Positions 7,406 to 15,485 of a stretch of DNA of 28,045 nt are shown here, in pieces. The DNA is from a virus (taxonomy: Duplodnaviria > Heunggongvirae > Uroviricota > Caudoviricetes). The DNA is taken from the IMG/VR virus record IMGVR_UViG_3300042889_001305. One strand, given 5' to 3'. A model generated the notes under the pieces. That model worked only from the letters and a program-made list of their open reading frames with translations, searched no databases and was not told the DNA's origin. The position numbers and the translations under genes were made by a program. Within the stretch, counting starts at the first letter, position 1. Each line of letters begins with the position of its first letter.

Positions 7406-8067
7406 TGTTGTTGTTTCTCAATTTGTTTTACTAATGATTCACATGCTTTTTTAATAGCATTACTTAAACTCTGTTGATTGAATTTACCACCCTCATCAAC
7501 TATTAGTGTAGACATTGAGACTTCAGATGAACCCGCTTCTACTACAATATCTTTTCCTTTTTTGCCTTCTTTGAAAAGATTTGCTTTTAAGCGAACGACA
7601 ACTTCATCTTCATTTTTATGAAATACTGAAATGTTTGTTTTAGTTGATAGGACATCTAAATAAACGATTTCAACTTTTAATCTATATTTGGCATCTTCGG
7701 ATAATCCATATCCCTTTTCTTGTAAAAACTCTTCTAAGATATTTTTTACACCAAAAGCAAGATTACGATTTCCTGCTAACTTACCAATTTTAACCTGATT
7801 TTCTACGGATTCAACAAAGATATGGTCTTCGGCATCATACCATATATTTTCTGGATTATTTTTAAATGTACCATCGATTCTCCATTCAATCCAATTTACA
7901 ATGTTTCTTTGTAGTTCATGTTTACCAGATAACTCTAAATAAACAAAGAACATTTGGAAAGATATGGCGAATATAATCCATAACCCTACTAACGAAAGAA
8001 AAGCTGTGAATGCTTTTTCTTTTAACGAATCTACATTAATGTGTAAACTTTTAATTACCTGTTTCAT
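7402..8067 (-). CDS. Membrane-anchored protein with a putative CsgG/HfaB/LptE-like alpha/beta domain
   Basis: N-terminal TM (AFLSLVGLWIIFAISFQMFFVYL). The C-terminal domain has a strand-helix-3 strands-helix layout (LAFGVKNILEEFLQEKGY...LKVEIVY...VVVRLKA...LSNAIKKACESLV). The fold call is by pattern only. ATGA overlap with the next gene. Confidence 0.45.
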   Translation of the reverse strand: MKQVIKSLHINVDSLKEKAFTAFLSLVGLWIIFAISFQMFFVYLELSGKHELQRNIVNWIEWRIDGTFKNNPENIWYDAEDHIFVESVENQVKIGKLAGNRNLAFGVKNILEEFLQEKGYGLSEDAKYRLKVEIVYLDVLSTKTNISVFHKNEDEVVVRLKANLFKEGKKGKDIVVEAGSSEVSMSTLIVDEGGKFNQQSLSNAIKKACESLVKQIEKQQQ

Positions 8068-8150
8068 ATAATACCTTTTTTTAATTGAAAACTAAAACTA
8101 AAAAAAATAACCTATTTATGAAACATGTTGTTGCTAATAAGTATTATTCA

Positions 8151-8180
8151 AAAACAAAAAACCTCATTGTTAAATGAGGT
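8151..8180 (-). terminator. Rho-independent terminator between the glycosylation island and the envelope operon
   Basis: Perfect 8-bp stem ACCTCATT (8161-8168) / AATGAGGT (8173-8180) with a 4-nt loop containing the stop codon of 8170..9063, followed on the minus strand by TTTTTGTTTT. Confidence 0.85.
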
Positions 8181-9063
8181 CTTGTAATTCTTGATTAAAA
8201 TTTTCTTCTGATATCTTTTTAAATTCATCTCGTTTATCAAAAGCACTAAGATGATTTAATAAATGAGAATTGTTTCGGTATTTATAATTTTCACAAATTA
8301 CTAAATTTTTTATTTTAAATTGATAGATTTCCATATCAGTAGTTGTCATCAGTTTTTCTGCAGCCCACATTATAAATGTATCTTCAAATCCATAATGACT
8401 AAATGTTTCAGGTATACCAATTCTTCGTAATAATTGACCGGATAAACAAGTAAACCAACCTCCATTAAATTTATATCTTGGTTGATTTTCTATTACATTA
8501 TTAACCAATTCTAATGTAACCTCCCCTTTAACTCCGCAATCTATATATGGATTATTTGTAAGATGATAATTTAATGGTTTAGTTAAATACTTTTCATTAA
8601 CTAAACAATCCCAAGTGGAATCACCAACTCTAACAATCTCTGGTGTTATAATAGTATATGGATATATATCATTAATTGCTATTAGGGTTTCTTCCATATA
8701 AGATAAAGTCTTTTCATCAAATACGATATCAGTATCTAACCAAATATAATAATCTGCAGTTTCTTGAGTTTCTAATGTATGTTTTCTATGAGATACACAT
8801 CCTTTTATATCTTCAGATGCGGTGAAGTATTTTGCACACCAATCACTATGTGCTGATAGTTTTAGTAGTTTATCAATAAAATAACTTTTTGGTAACGCAG
8901 AACGTTTCCAATCTACCATATCATTTGCTATACACATACTCACATCTAACACCCATTCATGTGTTCCACTTAGGTGTTTTGATGCACGTCTTAATTGAGT
9001 TAATAGAGTTTCTAAATCATCAATTTCATGTGGTAAAGTAAATATTGATATTACTATCCTCAT
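8170..9063 (-). CDS. GT-A fold glycosyltransferase-like protein (paralog 1)
   Basis: YYIWLDTDIVFD (DxD), KFNGGWF, HYGFEDT (similar to the GT2/GT7 G-x-E-D motif). 297 aa. Confidence 0.7.
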   Translation of the reverse strand: MRIVISIFTLPHEIDDLETLLTQLRRASKHLSGTHEWVLDVSMCIANDMVDWKRSALPKSYFIDKLLKLSAHSDWCAKYFTASEDIKGCVSHRKHTLETQETADYYIWLDTDIVFDEKTLSYMEETLIAINDIYPYTIITPEIVRVGDSTWDCLVNEKYLTKPLNYHLTNNPYIDCGVKGEVTLELVNNVIENQPRYKFNGGWFTCLSGQLLRRIGIPETFSHYGFEDTFIMWAAEKLMTTTDMEIYQFKIKNLVICENYKYRNNSHLLNHLSAFDKRDEFKKISEENFNQELQDLI

Positions 9064-9953
9064 TTGTTATTTAATATATTTTGTAAACCGATATAAAATA
9101 ATTCTTCGTTATACTTTTTATACTCCTCACGTTTATCTATAAATTGTATTTGGTCTTTATAAGTGGTAATTCTATCGTAATAATTTTCACACACAACTGT
9201 ATTTTTTAATTTGAATTGTTTTATGGTAGGGTCTTGTAATATATTTGCACCCCACATTAAGTAAGTATCATCCAACCCATAGTGTCCGTAGTTTTCTGGA
9301 AATGGTATAACCTTCATTAATTCTTTTGATATCAATGCGAACCACCCACCACCAAATTTCATATATGGTTGGTGATGAACATTATTATGTACCTCCTCTA
9401 AGTGTGGGTCTCCATAAATAGTGGCATCAATATGTGGATTATTAGTTGCCTGATATCCTATTGGTTTATTTATAAATCTTTCATTTACTAAACAATCCCA
9501 TGTAGAATCCCATTGTCTTACGATTTCTGGGATAGATACAAATTTAGTAAATCCTGCATATTCAATTACATCTATTGAATTGATTGAATGTGCTAGGGTT
9601 TGTGGGTCAAAGATTATATCAGTATCTAACCACAAATAATAGTTTGAATCAGAATACGATGCTAATCTTCGCATTGAGGTACATCCGTTTATAGTAGTTG
9701 TAGTTTCAAATATTACCTTTCCTGCCCAATCCGTTAATGGTTTCAATCCTAAAAACTTTTCTGTGCATTCTTCTTTGGTAACACCACTTTTACCCCAATC
9801 AATTATCTCATCAGATACACACATAACAACATTAAATTTAATATTATCACATTGTTCTTTTGTTAGATAATCTTTTCCAATATGTAATCGATTTAATGAT
9901 TTTTCTAAATCTTCAATGTCCGTTGGTGATATCCAAATTACAATTTCTATCAT
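9060..9953 (-). CDS. GT-A fold glycosyltransferase-like protein (paralog 2)
   Basis: Start reassigned to ATG 9953 (ATGA overlap), giving 297 aa. YYLWLDTDIIFD, KFGGGWF, HYGLDDT. Confidence 0.7.
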   Translation of the reverse strand: MIEIVIWISPTDIEDLEKSLNRLHIGKDYLTKEQCDNIKFNVVMCVSDEIIDWGKSGVTKEECTEKFLGLKPLTDWAGKVIFETTTTINGCTSMRRLASYSDSNYYLWLDTDIIFDPQTLAHSINSIDVIEYAGFTKFVSIPEIVRQWDSTWDCLVNERFINKPIGYQATNNPHIDATIYGDPHLEEVHNNVHHQPYMKFGGGWFALISKELMKVIPFPENYGHYGLDDTYLMWGANILQDPTIKQFKLKNTVVCENYYDRITTYKDQIQFIDKREEYKKYNEELFYIGLQNILNNK

Positions 9954-10441
9954 ACTAATTCTGCAACTTTTGCCATTCGACCAAATACACATAATGTATT
10001 TTGTCCAACCAATGGTAAGTTATCAGTTAACATAACCAATTGGTCTTTATCTATTATATATTTGTATTCATCTTTTATCTGAACAGATTCACCTTTACTC
10101 TTTTTATTTTTAATATAATTGATAAAGGTATTGGGGTTACTTCCCCATGTGATATTGCCAATTCTAATAATATTATAATTTTTAAAATTAGATTTGATAA
10201 GGGTTTCCATTCTTAGTTTGTGTTGTAAGTATTTGTTACTCCCTACCTTTTCAATATCATCAACTGAAATGGAACTAAAATAGAATAAACACTTTGTTTT
10301 ATCTTGTGTATCTAACAATTCTATTTCACGCATAAATTCAGATTCTCTTGTTTCATTACTATTAGAAACACCAGATACAAAGAATGTTGCCCCTTCTCTA
10401 TCATTTAAGACAGATGCTATATCCCCCCTACCTATAATCAT
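9950..10441 (-). CDS. Short NAD-dependent epimerase/dehydratase-like (SDR) protein
   Basis: Start reassigned to ATG 10441 (TAATG overlap): MIIGRGDIA, FFVSGVSNS, YFSSISV, YLQHK (YxxxK). 163 aa. Confidence 0.65.
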   Translation of the reverse strand: MIIGRGDIASVLNDREGATFFVSGVSNSNETRESEFMREIELLDTQDKTKCLFYFSSISVDDIEKVGSNKYLQHKLRMETLIKSNFKNYNIIRIGNITWGSNPNTFINYIKNKKSKGESVQIKDEYKYIIDKDQLVMLTDNLPLVGQNTLCVFGRMAKVAELV

Positions 10442-11304
10442 TATTCGTATTTTTTTGTTATGATTCGATTCCATTCTGGAATTCTATCGTATTGATGTAC
10501 CATTGCAAATGGAATACCTGTACTTGTTTTTACAATATCACCATCCATAATAGGTGATGGTTCTAATAGGTTATCACCATACTGACTAACCATTCGTTGG
10601 TCAACCGTCGTTCCACATTGTGCAGCCCAACCCTCTTCGGAATTTGTAAACTTAGTCAATTCTTTATATGGTGAAAATGATAATGCTACATTTACTGCTG
10701 CTTGGTCAGGTGTTGCCGATGGACTTCCTTGACACATTAAATACACATTTAAAAATAATTCAGACATTGTTTTCCAATCACCTGATATTGTTCCTGCGTT
10801 TACTGTTATATTTTCTTTACATCTATCATAAACCACTTCACCAAAACTTTCAATCATATTACCTCTACCCCATACCTCATCCTTATACTTAACACTTTCT
10901 CTACCTGCATTAATTTTATAATCACCTAAGTTTTTTTCTAACCACTCTGATGGGTTATATTGGAACACAACATCTTTTGGGTCTAATGCTAATACATATC
11001 TTAAACCTTCAGATGTTTCTTCTGCCAATTGATTTAGAGCAAGATAATAATGTAAATGTCTATCAACTGTTACTATAAAATTATCTCTATAAGTGTATCG
11101 TTGATTTACTTCATCTCTATTGAATCCAATAACATCCCATCCTCTTTTTTTCAATTCATCGACCGTTGAAAATGGAACATTATAAACTATCATAACTTTA
11201 TGACCAGTGAATCCACTTCTATCAATTGAGTTTACAAATAGTTTAATATTTTCAAATGTATAATTTGTGATACATCCTATTACTACATCTTTCATTTTTT
11301 TCAT
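10441..11304 (-). CDS. GT-A fold glycosyltransferase-like protein
   Basis: YVLALDPKDVVFQYNP motif, VNAGTISG, DQAAVN and C-terminal VHQYDR, all typical GT-A landmarks. Confidence 0.6.
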   Translation of the reverse strand: MKKMKDVVIGCITNYTFENIKLFVNSIDRSGFTGHKVMIVYNVPFSTVDELKKRGWDVIGFNRDEVNQRYTYRDNFIVTVDRHLHYYLALNQLAEETSEGLRYVLALDPKDVVFQYNPSEWLEKNLGDYKINAGRESVKYKDEVWGRGNMIESFGEVVYDRCKENITVNAGTISGDWKTMSELFLNVYLMCQGSPSATPDQAAVNVALSFSPYKELTKFTNSEEGWAAQCGTTVDQRMVSQYGDNLLEPSPIMDGDIVKTSTGIPFAMVHQYDRIPEWNRIITKKYE

Positions 11305-11305
11305 A

Positions 11306-11938
11306 TTATCCTAATTTGTGTAAATCTTTATATCCGTGATAAATTGCATGGTCTGTATTATCGTAGTATCCAGGTTCAGCCAATTCAATCCACTTTTCGT
11401 TTGATACATCTGCATCTTTGAATATTCTTTCTTTCAAAGCATCTCCTGCCCAAGAGTAAATATGTTTTTGTCTTATTATTGTTTCCAATCCATGTTCTCC
11501 TAAGTTTTCATAAATTTTTAAAAAAGTTTCTCTTTTAAATATTGCTCCACCACCTGCTCTAAAATATTCTCTATTAGTTCCAACATCTTTTGAAGGCCAG
11601 TGTTTGATTTTTCTTTTTATTAGAACATCATCTTCCAATAACATCACCCATTCCGAATTTGATTTTTTACAAGTATTATATATTCTATAATGTGATTCTA
11701 ACATTTTTGGGATGTTCGTTTCCATCGAATCGGTTCTCTTTATATATCCCTGATTTCTTTGTCTAATTGTCATTTCTACATTGAATGAATCACATATTTT
11801 TTTATATTCATCTATTTTGGGTGAATTTGAATCTATATAAAAATCTATTAGTTCATTTGGATAAAACTTTCTAACATTAGATATACAATTCTCAAATGAA
11901 TGTAAATAATTTGAATCTTGAAAATTAAAACTTATCAT
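11306..11938 (-). CDS. GT-A fold glycosyltransferase-like protein (EDD motif)
   Basis: EWVMLLEDDVLI, GGGAIF and a C-terminal IYHGYK. Confidence 0.55.
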   Translation of the reverse strand: MISFNFQDSNYLHSFENCISNVRKFYPNELIDFYIDSNSPKIDEYKKICDSFNVEMTIRQRNQGYIKRTDSMETNIPKMLESHYRIYNTCKKSNSEWVMLLEDDVLIKRKIKHWPSKDVGTNREYFRAGGGAIFKRETFLKIYENLGEHGLETIIRQKHIYSWAGDALKERIFKDADVSNEKWIELAEPGYYDNTDHAIYHGYKDLHKLG

Positions 11939-12684
11939 GCAATTGATTTATATATGTATGGTGAAGGAAATCCTCTTTCAATAAAGTCTTTATCGTTTAA
12001 ATTTGTATATCTAAAATGACAAGACCAACGAATATCATCATTTAGTATATCACCTGAATTGTGGGCCAGTAATGTTGAAAATATTGCAATGTCACCAATT
12101 TGTAAAGATGGTTGAATTGGTTTATATATTTCGGTATCAATATTAACTTCTGCAAATCCAGATGTTCCCAATGATGTAGTAAGAGGGCCTAATTTATGAC
12201 TTTCTGGATAAAATACAACTGCTCCATTTTCAGGAGTAACATCAATTAATGGAATCCAAACAACAACCGAGTCCGATGATGATAACATTGATGGGTAATC
12301 TTGATGTGTTGGTGTTTTATAATATTGTGATTCTTTCGCTAATTTAGGATGATTAAAAAATAAAGCGGGTCTTGTACAAACCAATGGATTTGATATTCCC
12401 AACTCTTTTAACTTATCTAACAGAATATCATCATATACTATTTTGTATAATTCGACTAAACCAGATTGGATTAATTTACCAGTACTTTGAAATATTTCAA
12501 AATGTTCTTCAAATAATCTAATCATTGAATTTTTAAATCCATCTTCACTATCAAAATCGGTATAACCAAAATGTTTGAATTGAATTTTAAAAACATCTTT
12601 TGCAGATTCTCTTAATTTTTCAATTCTTTCTTTTGTAAAAAATTGTTTTAAAACAATTATACCATTATCTTTCAATTGTTGCAT
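11935..12684 (-). CDS. Phytanoyl-CoA dioxygenase (PhyH) family 2OG-Fe(II) oxygenase
   Basis: NGIIVLKQFF, TPTHQD (HxD), VWIPLIDVTPENG...PESHKLG, GDIAIFSTLLAHNSG (distal His), RWSCHFRY. Confidence 0.85.
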   Translation of the reverse strand: MQQLKDNGIIVLKQFFTKERIEKLRESAKDVFKIQFKHFGYTDFDSEDGFKNSMIRLFEEHFEIFQSTGKLIQSGLVELYKIVYDDILLDKLKELGISNPLVCTRPALFFNHPKLAKESQYYKTPTHQDYPSMLSSSDSVVVWIPLIDVTPENGAVVFYPESHKLGPLTTSLGTSGFAEVNIDTEIYKPIQPSLQIGDIAIFSTLLAHNSGDILNDDIRWSCHFRYTNLNDKDFIERGFPSPYIYKSIA

Positions 12685-13564
12685 ATCCTATACCAGTTTT
12701 ACCAAACCCATTTCCGTTATAAAACATATAGAGTTTGTTTTTATAATTTATAATATGTGGATATTCTACCATCTGATTATCCCAGTTACTATCGTTATCC
12801 ACATCAAGTCCTAATATACTAATTTTTTTCCAATTTACCAAATCAAAACTTTCTGCACATTTTATTCTGTAACTATTTGTTGGGTTTGTCCTATAATCGG
12901 TTTCCATTCTAACCGAATACCACATTAAATATTTATCATTATGTTTTATAACAGATGCCTTTGATATTCCACCTTCACCATCTTCCAATTTTATAGAAGT
13001 TCCTATCGGAAACCAATCTATTGCATTTTTTGATGTTGCATATTTTATATCGTATATGGGTTCAGGTTTGCCATCAAATACTTTCCATTCTCTACAAGCC
13101 AAATAATATCCATAAAACAATTTATCTTTTTTTATAATAGATATGGTGCCTGTATATCCTGGTTCTTTATATGATGTTCCGAATATTGGACCATCAGAAA
13201 ATTTATTCCAAGTAATTCCACCATTCGTACTTACTGCAAGTCCCAATGTATTGTGATATGGTACATCCAATCTGTTTGTCCAACCTATATAATACAAATA
13301 CTTCACATTACCGATTGTAATTATTTCAGTTGGCATTATACCAGCAACATCGAATTTGCCCAAATTACCCAATTCTAAAATAGGTCTTTCCGATTCAAAT
13401 AAAATATTCGATGGATTTCCAACTTCAACATCTATATAAAATGGATGACTTTTATTATCAATTCTTTTTGAATAATATATTCTCCAGTATCCGTTATTAT
13501 TTATATCAATTACCGGTACCTGTGAATGATGTTTATTAAAAATATTTCCTCCCCTTTCCCACAT
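12665..13564 (-). CDS. Five-bladed beta-propeller glycosidase-like protein (GH32/GH43/GH130-like)
   Basis: Start reassigned to ATG 13564. Repeated blades FDVAGIMP..II...YLYYIGW, AVSTNGGITWNK, AESFDLVNWKK, WDNQMVEYPHII...LYMFYNGN. Confidence 0.7.
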   Translation of the reverse strand: MWERGGNIFNKHHSQVPVIDINNNGYWRIYYSKRIDNKSHPFYIDVEVGNPSNILFESERPILELGNLGKFDVAGIMPTEIITIGNVKYLYYIGWTNRLDVPYHNTLGLAVSTNGGITWNKFSDGPIFGTSYKEPGYTGTISIIKKDKLFYGYYLACREWKVFDGKPEPIYDIKYATSKNAIDWFPIGTSIKLEDGEGGISKASVIKHNDKYLMWYSVRMETDYRTNPTNSYRIKCAESFDLVNWKKISILGLDVDNDSNWDNQMVEYPHIINYKNKLYMFYNGNGFGKTGIGYATIER

Positions 13565-13565
13565 A

Positions 13566-14225
13566 TTAATAAACTTTACTCGCCGGGGCTTCTTGTTTTT
13601 TTGCAGGTGCACCCATATACAACCCATCTTGTTCAGTTGATTTTGTTATAACCGCACCCATTGCTATCAAACTACCTTCACCAATTGTCAAACCATCTCT
13701 TATTGTTGAATTTACACCAAACCAAGCCCTTTCTTTAACATGACAATGTCCCGATAAAACTACATGTGATGTGAAAAATGCATGGTCTTCTATTTTACCA
13801 TGATGTCCAATGTGATTACCACTCCACATAACAATATTGTTTCCAATTTCAGTAAATGGTTGTATTGTATTATCTTCCAAAATAAAACAATTTTCACCTA
13901 TTTTATTTCCACATATTGTTGCCTTTGAAGAAATATAAGAAATATAAGTATATCCTTTTTTCTTACCTTCTTCATAAATTCTTTTTCTATTGTTATTCAT
14001 CTTTGTACCTGTCATAGGTGCAAAAAATAAATATTCAGTTGGTGGATATAGTTTTTCTAATTCTTCAAAAGGAACTACCGGTAATCCTTTAAATTCGGTA
14101 ATTGACATATATTCTGCATTTACTGTAAATGCAACTATTTCATAGTTACTATCATTTGTCAAATACCAATGAGTTAGTTCCGCAGTATCGTTTATACCAA
14201 AAACTACTACTTTATTTGTAAACAT
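13566..14225 (-). CDS. NeuD/PglD-family sugar acetyltransferase (hexapeptide repeat)
   Basis: KVVVFG N-domain, then left-handed beta-helix repeats IGENCFI, IGNNIVM, IGHHGKI, IGEGSLI, and GAPAK. Likely start ATG 14225. Confidence 0.85.
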   Translation of the reverse strand: MFTNKVVVFGINDTAELTHWYLTNDSNYEIVAFTVNAEYMSITEFKGLPVVPFEELEKLYPPTEYLFFAPMTGTKMNNNRKRIYEEGKKKGYTYISYISSKATICGNKIGENCFILEDNTIQPFTEIGNNIVMWSGNHIGHHGKIEDHAFFTSHVVLSGHCHVKERAWFGVNSTIRDGLTIGEGSLIAMGAVITKSTEQDGLYMGAPAKKQEAPASKVY

Positions 14226-14823
14226 ACGTTGTGTATTCATATAATCCATAATCATTTCTTATTATAAAATTTCTACTTAAATTATTTTTTAAAAACCAAC
14301 CCAACTCATCCAATGAAACATGAAATAAATCATCACGTTCCCAATCAACATGTTTTGACATTAAATTGAAAGCAATTCCTTTATCACACTTATTCCATAA
14401 TTTTTTAATTACACTTGTAAAAAAATCCATCATTTCTTCTTGTGATAAATCTCTTTTTTCGGTAAATGGGCCGTTACATACGATATAATCAAAATTTGGT
14501 ATACTTTCATTTTTTAAAATATCCAAACAATAAAAATCATTATTAGGAAATTTTAATTTCGAAGTATTATAAAATCCATCATTTATGTCTAATCCGGAAT
14601 ATTTTATATTTTTTATTTTCAAAAATTCAATATACTGATTTAACGATGCTGTTCCGCATCCAAAATCTAATAGTGATATTGATGTTTCTTCTTTTATTAA
14701 TCCAAGCATCACATCATACCTTTTAAAAGTATCTTCCAATTTTGGCCAATCCACTCCTAAATGAGTATCACCATGTTCTTTAAAACATTTATCGTAATGT
14801 TCTGCCAATTTTAAATAACTCAT
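14212..14823 (-). CDS. Class I SAM-dependent methyltransferase
   Basis: LLDFGCGTA, YSGLDIN, FDYIVCNGPF, GIAFNLMS. Confidence 0.85.
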   Translation of the reverse strand: MSYLKLAEHYDKCFKEHGDTHLGVDWPKLEDTFKRYDVMLGLIKEETSISLLDFGCGTASLNQYIEFLKIKNIKYSGLDINDGFYNTSKLKFPNNDFYCLDILKNESIPNFDYIVCNGPFTEKRDLSQEEMMDFFTSVIKKLWNKCDKGIAFNLMSKHVDWERDDLFHVSLDELGWFLKNNLSRNFIIRNDYGLYEYTTYVYK

Positions 14824-15485
14824 ATTAATTTATAATTTTTAATTTGTTTTTGAATATGTGATTTCTCATATCTAAATAACAAATCTAATATGGATGCATA
14901 CTTGTTATCAAAATCAACATTACCCATTTGTATAAAATACAATTCAATGTTATCATTTTTAAAATCTCCTTTGTTATACAACGATTGACCACCAATTGCA
15001 TTTACATATACATTTGAACCCATTTGTTTTGTTATTGATTTTAATCCTTCTCCTTTTTTTAAAGTTGTTAATCCAACCGAAGTGTTTATTATTTTAGTTT
15101 GTATATCCAAATAATTACATATTCTTTTTATTAAATTTAAATTGAATTCGGATATTGTTACTTCTCTATTAATAAATTCAGGTAAAATTATTTCATTTAA
15201 AATTGTTTCATAATGTGATTCTTTTGAGTATAAATTTTCTAATGTTTTTAAAAATTTAGGAATATAATTATTTTCAAAATTAACATATATTTCGTTACAT
15301 TTTTTATTTTGACTTGCTTTCCAAACATTTACATTTATTGTAGTGTTATTTTTTAATGTATTTCTAATCATATAACTTCTTTTCATAAAAGATACGTGGT
15401 CTAAATTTACATATGTATCAACACAATGTATAAGTTGAAAATATCCAATATAAGGGAAAAAATATGGTTGCATTATTCCTACCAT
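14820..15485 (-). CDS. wbqC: WbqC-like family protein (putative sugar glycyl/aminoacyl transferase)
   Basis: Start reassigned to ATG 15485 (TAATG overlap): MVGIMQPYFFPYIGYFQLI...D...F.K...RN, YVNAIGGQSLY, SILDLLF. Confidence 0.85.
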   Translation of the reverse strand: MVGIMQPYFFPYIGYFQLIHCVDTYVNLDHVSFMKRSYMIRNTLKNNTTINVNVWKASQNKKCNEIYVNFENNYIPKFLKTLENLYSKESHYETILNEIILPEFINREVTISEFNLNLIKRICNYLDIQTKIINTSVGLTTLKKGEGLKSITKQMGSNVYVNAIGGQSLYNKGDFKNDNIELYFIQMGNVDFDNKYASILDLLFRYEKSHIQKQIKNYKLI

